Source of the DNA: Paludibacteraceae bacterium
Lineage (GTDB): Bacteria; Bacteroidota; Bacteroidia; Bacteroidales; Paludibacteraceae
DNA: 64,000 nt
Direction of reading: 5' to 3'
Assembly (NCBI GenBank): GCA_017471285.1
Contig: JAFUUZ010000026.1
Span: 27-64,026, forward strand
Made by a program: the position numbers and the translations under genes. Positions 25,964 to 35,861 of the stretch are shown piece by piece (position 1 is the stretch's first letter; each line of letters opens with the position of its first letter). Below the pieces are notes generated by a model. The model worked only from the letters and a program-made list of their open reading frames with translations. It made no database searches and was not told the origin of the DNA.

Positions 25964-28900
25964 ATGGCAAAATTCACCATTTATTCGAGCGACGGGCAAG
26001 CGGTGCGCTATACCGGCAGTCCTCGCTACAACGGCACATATCTCAAAGTTTCCTTCCTTGACTTTGGCTCTGTCAACTCGCCCACGAAAATCCCGTGGGC
26101 CGTTGGCGATTATGTGGACTACACTCGCACGGGGCTGAGGTATCGGCTCTATAACCTTCCGCAGCCCAAGAAGCAAGCCCGTGGTAGCGCTTCGGGTGAA
26201 TCCTTCACATACCCCGATGTGCAACTGCACGAAAAGACGAAGGACCTTGAAATAGCACCGTTCCGCGATTTCGTCTTTGCCGACAATCAGATTCACTTCT
26301 CCACGCTGAATACCGTCTCCACCTACGAGAATGTGTATGGCATTGTGAATCGCATCCAAGCGTGCCTTGACGACCTCTACCCGAACGAGTGGGTGGTCCG
26401 CGTCTTTGACGAGCTGGATTCCGATTTCGTAGAACTTATCAGCGAATCTCAGAACTTCTCCGTCACGGGGTCTGTAATGGACGCTTGCAACCGCCTCTAT
26501 GATATTTGGGGGATTGGTTGGATTCACACCGTAGAGAACGGGAAGGATGTGTTGACATTTGGCCGGCCAAACAAGCGCGGTGATGCCAACACCACAAACA
26601 CCTTTATCTACGGGGCGGGCAATGGTCTGACCGCAATTCGCAAGTCTGCGGCAAACCTTGATGAACTCGCTACGAGGCTCTACGCCTACGGCTCTACCCG
26701 CAATATGCTTTCCCGCTACTATAACGGCCTTGACATCAAGGATGCCGAGAGCGTAGATATTGAGCATCTGATGATTCCTCTCTCGCATTGGGGAATCACC
26801 GACGGGAAGAGAGACCCGAAGAAGGCATATCTCGAAAGCAACGCGGCAGTCTTGAAGTACGGGCTTATCCCGAAGATTGTCTATTTCGACGGTACGGACG
26901 ACTACCCCGAAATCTACCCGTCTTTGGAGGGTGTAACTATTGCCGATGTGCGGAGCGTGATGCAGCCCACAGACCAATACTATCCGAACACGACAATCTA
27001 CGACGGTACTGAGCGCGTGGACCAGGTGAAGGGTTGCGACAACCCTACTGACGACGGTAAGGAATCGGGCGATAGCGGCCAAAGGTATGTGCAGACCGCT
27101 ACGGTGGAAGGGCCGGTGAAGAGCGCTGACACAATCTCCTTTTACGGCTCTACCAACAAGGACTACACGATATTCTCCGGCATCAACTTTGGGCTTGGAG
27201 ACATTGTGAAGGTGGAGGGTGGACAGACCGGCTTTATCGACGACAATTCTGGGCTGATTGCCTCGCTGAATATCAAGGTGATTGTCACTTGCGGAAGCGA
27301 GACGGTACAGTTCCCCGTGACTTGGCGGAGGACCAACAACCGCTACTACATCGAAATCCCCGACTTCTCCTTTGCCTTCACGCCGAACGCCTCCATTTCC
27401 TGCGTGTTGCGCATTAGCGTGGCCTCCAACCGCTCCGAGCAGTCCTCTGTGTATTGTACGCTCAATGCCTTCACCTACCGAATGGGAACGGTCTATGAGT
27501 TGACAAATACATTCAAGGTCTATGTCCGCCAGCTCGGTTTCGACATCAATCAGCAAGCCTCGCTCTCGTCTGAGGGCAAGTGTTCCCTGCTGATGCGCAC
27601 GGGTATGAATGCGGCCCGTCAGTTCACAATCAAGAATGCGGAATATCGCCCTTCTACCGACGATTGGGCGTTGAATGTGAATCGTCTGATTGACGACGAC
27701 CTCGGCGAGAAGTTCCCAAACACCAACTACCCGATTGCCGAAGGCGACGAGTTTGTGCTTGTGGACCTCGCGATGCCGACAATATATATCTCCCTTGCTG
27801 AGCAGAAACTGTACGCGAAGGCATCTGCGCTCTTCGATGAAATCAACCATATCAAGCCCTTCTACGAGCCGGAGGTTGACGCGAAGAAAATGGCCGCGTC
27901 GGGTTGGGCCTTGAAGGAGGGTATGTATATGCACATCCAGGACACGGATGTTGTTGAGGACAATCCGCAGGGCAACGACTATGTGCTGATTGATACCCTC
28001 ACGATTACCGAGGGCGAAGAGGCTATCCCGACCTACAAGGTTACGCTCCGCGAAGAGAAGCGCAAGTCCTTTCAGCAAACCACCACAGAGGCAATCAGCG
28101 ACCTAAAAAGCTCTACCGGGACATCTATCAAGGTGAACACGGAGTACGCCAACAGAGCGGGGTCTGCTGATTATGCCTCTCGTGCGGGCGATGCGGACAA
28201 ATGGGCCGGCCACTCTTTCGGCGATGTCTTGGACCAAAGCGTGCGCGAGCAGGACGAGGTGAAGTTTGAGAAGGTTACGACACCAACCGTACAAAGCCCG
28301 GATTTCTCCGAAGGTGCTATGGGCGCTGGCTTCAAGATTGGAGACGACGACAACGGCAACAAGACCCTTGAAATTGACAACATCATCGTCCGCAAGGCGA
28401 TGAAGGTGTTTGAACTGATTATTCAGCAAATCAAGCACCAGGGCGGCATCGTGTTCTACTCTGCGGCCTCTATGGAGTGCAACAAGGTAGAGACCGTCAC
28501 GGGCGGCTATAAGTGCTATTTCGACACCAAAGAGGGGCAAGTTCCGAACGAGTTTGCCGTGGGCGACCAGGCCCGTTGCCAGCGCTTCAATCTCGGCACG
28601 ACGCAGCAGAAATACTATTGGCGGCTTGTGACTGCCGTAGGCGACGACTACATCATTCTGAGCGATTCCGACTGCGATACGGGTAGCGGTGTTCCCGCCG
28701 CCGGCGATGTGATTGTGCAATGTGGTAATAGGACCAACGCGCAGCGCCAAGCGGTGAAGATTACGACTTGTATGGGCGACAACACGCCGCGAGACGAATA
28801 CTACAAGAATGTCAATTCCTACAACCTCACGGGTAAGCTTGTGACGGTTGTCGGCGTGAAGGACGGTGTTGTTGGCGTGTTCACGAATCAAGGCCGTTTT

Positions 28901-31900
28901 GAGGGTGAGGTTGTCATTGGTAGCGGCTCTACGGGCCTCACCAATCTTGACGAATGGGCCGAGCAGTCTCAGCGCATTTCCGATGCCTGGGACGAGGCGT
29001 ACCAAGCTATGCAGGATGCCGCTACCGCGCAGGGTACGGCGGACCGCGCCTTACAGACGATTGAACACTACATAGACCAGGTGAACGATGATTCTATTTT
29101 CGACCTCACGGAGAAGAATCTGATTCGCAAGGAGTGGATAAACATCAACGGCATCAAGTCCACGATGCGCGGCAGCAAGAAAGGCTCGTACTATCTCACG
29201 AAGTACAACTTCGACCAGGCCGCATTCACGGGCGAGGACACCGTGTTCGTGTTCCACAATGTAGAATATACCTACAATCAGAAGAAGCTTGTCTATAAGG
29301 TCGTCGGTATCGTCGCGCTTGACGCTGCGTATCGCGAACTCCGCGACTACCTCAACTCTGTCGAATTAAACAACGAGAGCGAGGTATTCCGTGGTTTCGA
29401 CCGCGACAAGTTGGCAAATCTGCTCACGAACTACTACGATGCCGAGCAGCGCATCCGCGACATCGCGCAGCAGGCCCTTGACACCAAGATTGACGACACG
29501 AAGGCCGAACTTGAAGCCGAGTTGACAAACTACCAGGCCGTAGTCGCGCAAGCTATCGCTGACATCCAAGACCAAATTGACGGTGTGATTGACACTTGGT
29601 TTTACGCCTATGTGCCGACCACGAGCAATGCGCCGGCGAACACTTGGACCACGGATGCAGATAAGAAGAATCACATTGGCGACCTCTTCTACAACACGGA
29701 CACCGGCAAGGCGTATCGGTGGATTAAGGATAGTACGACCAATCAATACTATTGGCAGGAGTTGCAGGACGACGCTACGGCCCGCGCCCTTGCGCTTGCG
29801 CAGGAGGCAAAGGATGTTGCTGACAGTAAGCGCCGCGTATTCTACCGCCAACCCTACGATTCTGAGGCATACGACCCCGGCGATTTGTGGGTGGGCGCTA
29901 CCTACGGCACGACCTACTCTAACGACATCCTGCGGGCGCAGACTGCAAAGATTGAGGGCGCAGCCTTCAATATCTCGCATTGGGTGAAGGCTTCCAAGTA
30001 CACGGACGACACCGTGGCCCTGGACGCAAAGACACGCGCTCAGAACGCACAAGCCGCCGCCGATGCTGCGGCTACTGCCGCTTCCAATGCGGCAACGGCT
30101 GCGCAGAACGCCGCTACCGCAGCGAATCAAGCCAACACGAAGCTTTCAACTTGGGCCGACGATAGCATTATCAATCCTACCGAGAAAGAAGCCCTGCGGC
30201 AGCAATGGAAGGATGTGCAGACCGAGAAGGCCGAGGTCTGCGCTGAGGCGTTGAAGTACAAGGACTATATCACGGACTACGACACCAAGATTCAAGCCTT
30301 CATCAGCGCCTATGATGCCGCGAACTTGGCATTTCAGAAGTACACGGCGGTCTCGCCGGCCGAGATTGCGGTGGAATCCGACTACGCCAATATCTCCGCC
30401 TACTACGATGCCCGCGTGCTGATTGCCGACATCATCGCGAAGGCGGCGAAGGATATGGCCGACGAAGCGCTTGCCAATGCCGCGAGCGCTTGGGATGCCG
30501 CATACGCCGCACAACAGACTGCTAACGACGCTAAGAGCCTCGCCGAGACCGCTATGTCGTCTATCGGTATGCTGGATTCTGACAACATCCTTACGATAAA
30601 GGAGAAGGGTGCAATCCGCACGGAGTGGACCTCTATCAACGGCATCGAATCCACGGGTGTTGAGGGAATCTCCGGCCGGTACTTCCGCGCCAAGCAGTCT
30701 CTCGCTGATGCGGGCTTCAATACCAAGACTATCTTTAAGTATCGTGGAAGCAAGGCATACACTTACAATGGCGTTGGCTTCACTTACAACTGTCTTGGTC
30801 TCGCAAATCTGACTGCCGCATACCTTGACCTCCGCGCCTACTTGCAGGAGATTGAGTTGAACGACCGCAGCGAGGCTTACGATGCTTTCGACCGAGACAA
30901 GTACACGATGCTCTTGGAGCGCTACTACGATGCCGAGGCCGTGGTGACGGGCAAGAAGTCTGATGCCGCAATGGAGTTCATCAACAACGAGTACCAGGAC
31001 GACATTGAGGCTCTCAAAACTCAAATTGACGGGAAGGCCGAGACCTATGTGCAGTCCTCCGACCCTGCGACTGCGTGGAATACGGACGACTTGAAGAAGG
31101 AACACCTCGGAGATATGTGGCTGAATACCGCCGCATCCACCGTAAGCGGAATCGGCTCTATGAAAACTGCTATCTACGAGGTCCACAACAATGTGTACGG
31201 GTGGGTGCAGAAGAATGTGCCGAACGATGTGTTCGACCAAATTGACGGGAAGGCACAAGTGTTCGTCGCCCTGCCGACGAACTACCACGCGAACGACCTT
31301 TGGATTATCCTTAGCACGATTGATTCCTCCTTCTACCCGACGGGATGCACCGCCGGCGACCTCTGTGTTGCCACGACTGCGAGTTCCTCCTTCAACAAGG
31401 CGCATTGGAAGAAATATGTGAAGTACACGGACGATTCCGCCCTGCAAACCTTCATTACCAACTATCAGTCCACGCTCCTTGAAATTGAGCAGCAGATAGA
31501 CCAAAAGGCCGACACCTTCTATCAATCCTCGAAGCCTCATACGGAATACACGAATGTGCCGAATAACTCTACCTACAATCTGTGGGTTGGAGACCTTTGG
31601 TTTAACACCTCCGTGGGCCGCACATACCGCTATACCAAGACCGCGAACGGCAGCAACTTCAACTACACTTGGGTGGAGTTTGACGGTGTGCCGCAAGCCG
31701 TGTACGACCAAATTGACGGTATTGCGAGCATTTATGTCACCATTCCTTCTTCGCCGCAGACGGGCGACCTTCTGATTCCGACGAGCAACATTTCTTCGGG
31801 CGGAAGGACCTACTATGCGGGCCGAATCTACAAGTACAATGGCTCTTCCTGGGTTGAAGTTAGCTATGTTGACACCTCAACATATACCAATCAGATAAAT

Positions 31901-33250
31901 ACTATCAACCAGGTACTGAATAGCTTTGCGACCGACGGACAGATTGACGCATCCGAGAAGCGAACGCTCTCGCAAGCCCTCAGCGACGAGACGCAAGCAC
32001 GCAACGACATCGTGGCGAAGGCTGCTCCGTACTTGAATGTGACCGTTACGGTTGGCGGTGTCACTCAGACCGTTTCCCTCTTCTTGGATGCCTACAACAA
32101 GGCATACTCTACGACGAGCGGACAGAGCGGCTACCCCGGAATGAAGGAGGTAATCGAACACTACTGCAACACGGCGGGCAATGTCAACATTGACAACACG
32201 AATTGGCCGCTCTCGAAGATTACCACCTACTACGAGAAGCGTAATCTTGTGGTCCAGGCAATCAATGTCGCTGAGAAGGCGCTGATTGATTCAAAAGACA
32301 ACACGCAGACGACAATCAACGGAGGGCTTATCACTTCGGGAACTATCCAGCTCGGAAGCGGCGGAACAGTCAAGGCCGGCATCACGGGCGTTGGCACGGC
32401 GAACACAGATGTTCGCATTTGGGCCGGCTCAACCTTCGAGAATCGCGCAAGCGCCCCGTTCCGCGTCACGCAAGCGGGCAAGCTCTATGCCACAGACGCT
32501 GAGATTTCCGGCAAGATTGTCGCGACGAGCGGTGAGTTCCACGGCAAGTTGTACGCCTCCGAGGGTACGATTGGCGGCTTCAATATCGGAAGCAACTACA
32601 TCGGCCTCTCGAACTCTTCTACCGGGTCTCCGTCCCAAACGGGTATGTCGCTCTACAATCAGTTTATTGCCTTCTCCGACGACGAGAGTTCCGACACCTA
32701 CTATGGTGGCAAATACTACTCCTACATCGGCTCGAATGTGATGCCTTCCGTTGCGGGAATCCGTGGCCTGGCCCGCTTCGAGGCGGACGGGTCGTATGGC
32801 TCTACGAACGCGAACTTCGGCTATTGCATCGGCGTGTACTCAAATGTGGTAGGCTTCCGCTATCAATACGCCTGGTATTGCCCCGAAGGTGTGTTTGTCG
32901 GATTCCGCCCGCAGATTGACATTGCCAATAGTGGCAAGACGCTCACGAATCTTGATTCCGTGATTCTGTGCGGCAATTCCTACACTTGCACCTTCAATCT
33001 GCCGACCAACCCGAAGCACGGACAGTTCTATGCGATTGTGCATACGACGATGAATACTATGAATATCAGTAGTTCCGTTACGCACCCGATAATGCGCGTC
33101 ACTTCGGGCAATGGCGGCGTGACTACCGTAACATCCACCTATTCCGGCGAAGGCGAGACCGTGCTGCTTGTGTACAATGCGCACGCGACGATAACATATA
33201 GCGGAGCGACCCGCACCGGCATTTGGACCTTAACATATCTCAAAGTATAA
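25964..33250 (+). CDS. giant tail tip / tail fibre protein (2428 aa)
   Basis: Single long ORF after the Dit-like gene. Has internal duplicated modules of about 120 aa and recurrent IDG(K)...GDLW motifs. The antisense ORFs are shadows. Confidence 0.85.
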   Translation: MAKFTIYSSDGQAVRYTGSPRYNGTYLKVSFLDFGSVNSPTKIPWAVGDYVDYTRTGLRYRLYNLPQPKKQARGSASGESFTYPDVQLHEKTKDLEIAPFRDFVFADNQIHFSTLNTVSTYENVYGIVNRIQACLDDLYPNEWVVRVFDELDSDFVELISESQNFSVTGSVMDACNRLYDIWGIGWIHTVENGKDVLTFGRPNKRGDANTTNTFIYGAGNGLTAIRKSAANLDELATRLYAYGSTRNMLSRYYNGLDIKDAESVDIEHLMIPLSHWGITDGKRDPKKAYLESNAAVLKYGLIPKIVYFDGTDDYPEIYPSLEGVTIADVRSVMQPTDQYYPNTTIYDGTERVDQVKGCDNPTDDGKESGDSGQRYVQTATVEGPVKSADTISFYGSTNKDYTIFSGINFGLGDIVKVEGGQTGFIDDNSGLIASLNIKVIVTCGSETVQFPVTWRRTNNRYYIEIPDFSFAFTPNASISCVLRISVASNRSEQSSVYCTLNAFTYRMGTVYELTNTFKVYVRQLGFDINQQASLSSEGKCSLLMRTGMNAARQFTIKNAEYRPSTDDWALNVNRLIDDDLGEKFPNTNYPIAEGDEFVLVDLAMPTIYISLAEQKLYAKASALFDEINHIKPFYEPEVDAKKMAASGWALKEGMYMHIQDTDVVEDNPQGNDYVLIDTLTITEGEEAIPTYKVTLREEKRKSFQQTTTEAISDLKSSTGTSIKVNTEYANRAGSADYASRAGDADKWAGHSFGDVLDQSVREQDEVKFEKVTTPTVQSPDFSEGAMGAGFKIGDDDNGNKTLEIDNIIVRKAMKVFELIIQQIKHQGGIVFYSAASMECNKVETVTGGYKCYFDTKEGQVPNEFAVGDQARCQRFNLGTTQQKYYWRLVTAVGDDYIILSDSDCDTGSGVPAAGDVIVQCGNRTNAQRQAVKITTCMGDNTPRDEYYKNVNSYNLTGKLVTVVGVKDGVVGVFTNQGRFEGEVVIGSGSTGLTNLDEWAEQSQRISDAWDEAYQAMQDAATAQGTADRALQTIEHYIDQVNDDSIFDLTEKNLIRKEWININGIKSTMRGSKKGSYYLTKYNFDQAAFTGEDTVFVFHNVEYTYNQKKLVYKVVGIVALDAAYRELRDYLNSVELNNESEVFRGFDRDKLANLLTNYYDAEQRIRDIAQQALDTKIDDTKAELEAELTNYQAVVAQAIADIQDQIDGVIDTWFYAYVPTTSNAPANTWTTDADKKNHIGDLFYNTDTGKAYRWIKDSTTNQYYWQELQDDATARALALAQEAKDVADSKRRVFYRQPYDSEAYDPGDLWVGATYGTTYSNDILRAQTAKIEGAAFNISHWVKASKYTDDTVALDAKTRAQNAQAAADAAATAASNAATAAQNAATAANQANTKLSTWADDSIINPTEKEALRQQWKDVQTEKAEVCAEALKYKDYITDYDTKIQAFISAYDAANLAFQKYTAVSPAEIAVESDYANISAYYDARVLIADIIAKAAKDMADEALANAASAWDAAYAAQQTANDAKSLAETAMSSIGMLDSDNILTIKEKGAIRTEWTSINGIESTGVEGISGRYFRAKQSLADAGFNTKTIFKYRGSKAYTYNGVGFTYNCLGLANLTAAYLDLRAYLQEIELNDRSEAYDAFDRDKYTMLLERYYDAEAVVTGKKSDAAMEFINNEYQDDIEALKTQIDGKAETYVQSSDPATAWNTDDLKKEHLGDMWLNTAASTVSGIGSMKTAIYEVHNNVYGWVQKNVPNDVFDQIDGKAQVFVALPTNYHANDLWIILSTIDSSFYPTGCTAGDLCVATTASSSFNKAHWKKYVKYTDDSALQTFITNYQSTLLEIEQQIDQKADTFYQSSKPHTEYTNVPNNSTYNLWVGDLWFNTSVGRTYRYTKTANGSNFNYTWVEFDGVPQAVYDQIDGIASIYVTIPSSPQTGDLLIPTSNISSGGRTYYAGRIYKYNGSSWVEVSYVDTSTYTNQINTINQVLNSFATDGQIDASEKRTLSQALSDETQARNDIVAKAAPYLNVTVTVGGVTQTVSLFLDAYNKAYSTTSGQSGYPGMKEVIEHYCNTAGNVNIDNTNWPLSKITTYYEKRNLVVQAINVAEKALIDSKDNTQTTINGGLITSGTIQLGSGGTVKAGITGVGTANTDVRIWAGSTFENRASAPFRVTQAGKLYATDAEISGKIVATSGEFHGKLYASEGTIGGFNIGSNYIGLSNSSTGSPSQTGMSLYNQFIAFSDDESSDTYYGGKYYSYIGSNVMPSVAGIRGLARFEADGSYGSTNANFGYCIGVYSNVVGFRYQYAWYCPEGVFVGFRPQIDIANSGKTLTNLDSVILCGNSYTCTFNLPTNPKHGQFYAIVHTTMNTMNISSSVTHPIMRVTSGNGGVTTVTSTYSGEGETVLLVYNAHATITYSGATRTGIWTLTYLKV

Positions 33251-33254
33251 CATT

Positions 33255-33539
33255 ATGAAAAGGATTGATTTCAAGCACTTTGAAATGTTCCAAGACATTT
33301 CGCAGACCTCCACAATGGAGCAGGACATTTCCCACGATTTCGCAGACTTCGTGTACAAGAACGCCAATGGCGTAATGGCGCACGACATCGCTATGCGAAT
33401 CTACAAGTCGGACGGGCCAATTGACCTCACGGACGAAGAGCTGGCCCTGCTCACTACTATGGCAGAGATTGGCACTCCAATCTTTGCCGATTCCTTCCAC
33501 GCGAACATTAAGGATATTCCTAACAACACCCAATCTTAA
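33255..33539 (+). CDS. hypothetical protein (94 aa)
   Basis: Track ORF between the fibre gene and DGR target 1. Confidence 0.55.
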   Translation: MKRIDFKHFEMFQDISQTSTMEQDISHDFADFVYKNANGVMAHDIAMRIYKSDGPIDLTDEELALLTTMAEIGTPIFADSFHANIKDIPNNTQS

Positions 33540-33550
33540 TTTCTATCATT

Positions 33551-34876
33551 ATGACAGAGCAAGACATTACCACCTTGACCCCCGTGTACACGAATCCTCG
33601 TGTGCTTGAAGGTCTCGCAATCGTGGCCCACAATCCCTCTACGGGAGACCCGATTGCATTCGATGCCGGCAAGCTTTGCAACACCGCGTTCAAAGACTTG
33701 TCTATGTACACTATCTACGGTGGCTCTCTCGCCAAGCGCGAGACCGCCAACTGCTATGTTATCAAGGAGGCCGGAGCGTATATGTTCCCCCTCGTCTATG
33801 GTAACGCTATCAAGGGCGGCGTAGCCAACCCCAACGCCTACACGAACAACGGTGCGACCTACTCCAACGACTTCGTGAACTCCCGCGATGTGCAAATCAC
33901 CTCGCCCTTCATCGAACTCAACACCGGCTGCGCCGTGGCATCCTGCGAGGTTGTGTGGCAGGACCACCAGGACCTCATTCAGAATCTCGAACTCTACGAA
34001 GGTGGCGACTGCAAGTATGTCCGCTTCATCATTGATTCGATGCCTTCCCTCAACGCAAACGCGATTATCGCGGTCAAGGACGGGTCGGGCAACATTCTGT
34101 GGAGCTGGCACATTTGGTGCTGCCTGGACGACCTTTCGCCTATCACCTTCACCAACCACACCGAGGTCAACTACGACCTTATGCCGATTAACCTCGGTTG
34201 GAAGTGGGATTCTACCGACCGTCTCCGTGGCCGCTCCCCGCACTATCAATGGGGGCGCAAAGACCCGATGCCCTGCCCTGCGGCCTACAACTCCAATAGC
34301 AACACTTCTCTGTGGGGCGCAAAGACCTACGGCTCTGCTGAGGCCGACACTATCGGCGCGGCAATCAAGAATCCGCACCTCTTCTACAAGCAGGACGGTG
34401 AGACCTACTACAATTGGTTTACCGGCGGAAGCAAGTACAATCTGTGGAATGCCGCAGTCACCACGACCGGCGCGGGCGACGACCAAGCCTCGGCCAAAAA
34501 GACTATCTATGACCCCTGCCCCGTCGGGTTTATGCTCCCTGCGGGTCGCGCCTTCACGGGCTTCACTACCTCCGGCGGCAATGTCAGTAGCGGCGCTCCT
34601 ACGGGCTGCGAGGTTATCGGCGAGTGGTCGAACGGTTGGACGATGAAGAAGAATGCCAACGATACTGTCGGTAACTTCTTTGCCGCATCCGGCAGCCGTG
34701 GTAGGACTTCGGGTGCGCTCCTCAATGTTGGCAGCCGCGGCAACTATTGGTCTTTTGCCTCCGATAGCCGGGCTAGCGCTTACCTCTTGCGCTTCGATTC
34801 GAGCAGCCTCTACCCGTTGAACGGCGACCGCCGGGCTTACGGTTTCGCGGTGCGGCCTTGCCGAGAATTATCTTAA
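33551..34876 (+). CDS. DGR target protein 1 (441 aa), C-terminal CLec-type variable domain (DUF1566 / Fib_succ_major-like)
   Basis: The C-terminus ...FAASGSRGRTSGALLNVGSRGNYWSFASDSRASAYLLRFDSSSLYPLNGDRRAYGFAVRPCRE carries VR1. Upstream are DPCPVGFMLPAG and WGRKDP motifs. Confidence 0.9.
   Translation: MTEQDITTLTPVYTNPRVLEGLAIVAHNPSTGDPIAFDAGKLCNTAFKDLSMYTIYGGSLAKRETANCYVIKEAGAYMFPLVYGNAIKGGVANPNAYTNNGATYSNDFVNSRDVQITSPFIELNTGCAVASCEVVWQDHQDLIQNLELYEGGDCKYVRFIIDSMPSLNANAIIAVKDGSGNILWSWHIWCCLDDLSPITFTNHTEVNYDLMPINLGWKWDSTDRLRGRSPHYQWGRKDPMPCPAAYNSNSNTSLWGAKTYGSAEADTIGAAIKNPHLFYKQDGETYYNWFTGGSKYNLWNAAVTTTGAGDDQASAKKTIYDPCPVGFMLPAGRAFTGFTTSGGNVSSGAPTGCEVIGEWSNGWTMKKNANDTVGNFFAASGSRGRTSGALLNVGSRGNYWSFASDSRASAYLLRFDSSSLYPLNGDRRAYGFAVRPCRELS
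34681..34865 (+). repeat. DGR variable region VR1
   Basis: Gap-free 185-nt match to TR 35656..35840. 24 mismatches by hand count, all at TR adenines. Confidence 0.93.
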
Positions 34877-34928
34877 TTCCTTTCGTTTGAGGCGAGCGTT
34901 TTAAGCGAGCCGGTGATATTAAAGACAT

Positions 34929-35117
34929 TTGCGTATGAAGTCGAAGTTTAACATAAGGCATATTCACAATTCGATAGTCTTTATCTGCGATAGCTCTGAG
35001 GGTGACGAAGTTCTACGAGCAGTCAAGGATTTCGATTTGGCGAACGCTACCCCTATGCAATGCTTCGACTTCTTGCGCAAACTTAAAAACCTCTTCCGAA
35101 AGAATGGAGACGCATAA
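34929..35117 (+). CDS. small ORF (62 aa) between VR1 and avd, function unknown
   Basis: Track ORF that overlaps the avd start by 14 nt. Could be a DGR accessory gene or spurious. Confidence 0.35.
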   Translation: MRMKSKFNIRHIHNSIVFICDSSEGDEVLRAVKDFDLANATPMQCFDFLRKLKNLFRKNGDA

Positions 35118-35454
35118 ACTCAAAGTATATAACCGCGCCCGTCTCTTGTCTGAGCAAATCGTCAAGAGTACGGGTAAAGTGCCTCGCTTCGCGAAGTACA
35201 GTTATGTTGACCCTATGATTGTTTCAGTCTATGGGATAATGGAGTATATCTCATTTGCCAACGATACGCCCGAACAAAGGGTGCAATTCATTGACACCGC
35301 ACTCGCCGCCTTGAATCAACTGAAAATCAAGGTGCGCGTACTGCGTGACTTGAAGTTCGTGACGCAGAAGGGATATGATGCGATAATCCGCGAGGAAGAG
35401 AATGTCACGCGGCAGCTTAACGGTTGGCGAAAAACTACACTCGGTGAACAATAA
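35104..35454 (+). CDS. avd: DGR accessory variability determinant (Avd, four-helix-bundle family)
   Basis: 116 aa from ATG 35104 (METHKLKVYNRARLLSEQIVKSTGKVPRFAKYSYVDPMI...QLNGWRK). The pattern is typical of Avd / 23S-IVS-protein-like bundles. Sits between VR and TR. Confidence 0.8.
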   Translation: METHKLKVYNRARLLSEQIVKSTGKVPRFAKYSYVDPMIVSVYGIMEYISFANDTPEQRVQFIDTALAALNQLKIKVRVLRDLKFVTQKGYDAIIREEENVTRQLNGWRKTTLGEQ

Positions 35455-35655
35455 TCTAACATATCGCATACGGTATAGGCAGAATCCCTACCGTCCCGTG
35501 GTAACGCACGACGGGCTGGGAGCGTCCTTCTTAATTCAGTCCGCCACCTCAACTTTCAGAGGATATGTCAGAAGCGTTCCGGCAACGGGCGTGGAAGTCT
35601 GCTTCATTGCTTGTAACAACATTCAATCCTGCATTCACAAAACGGTGGACTCTGT

Positions 35656-35840
35656 TGCCGCATCCGGCAACCGTAATAGAACTTCGGGTGCGCTCAACAA
35701 TGTTGGCAGCAACGGCAACTATTGGTCTTTTGCCTCCAATAGCCAGGCTAACGCTTACAACTTGAACTTCAATTCGAGCAACCTCAACCCGTTGAACAAC
35801 AACAACCGGGCTAACGGTTTCGCGGTGCGGCCTTGCCGAG
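35656..35840 (+). repeat. DGR template repeat (TR)
   Basis: AAC-rich copy of the VR sequence (reads as ...SGNRNRTSGALNNVGSNGNYWSFASNSQANAYNLNFNSSNLNPLNNNNRANGFAVRPC). Ends 21 nt before the first RT ATG. Confidence 0.93.
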
Positions 35841-35861
35841 CATTGAGAGACCGTGTGCGAT

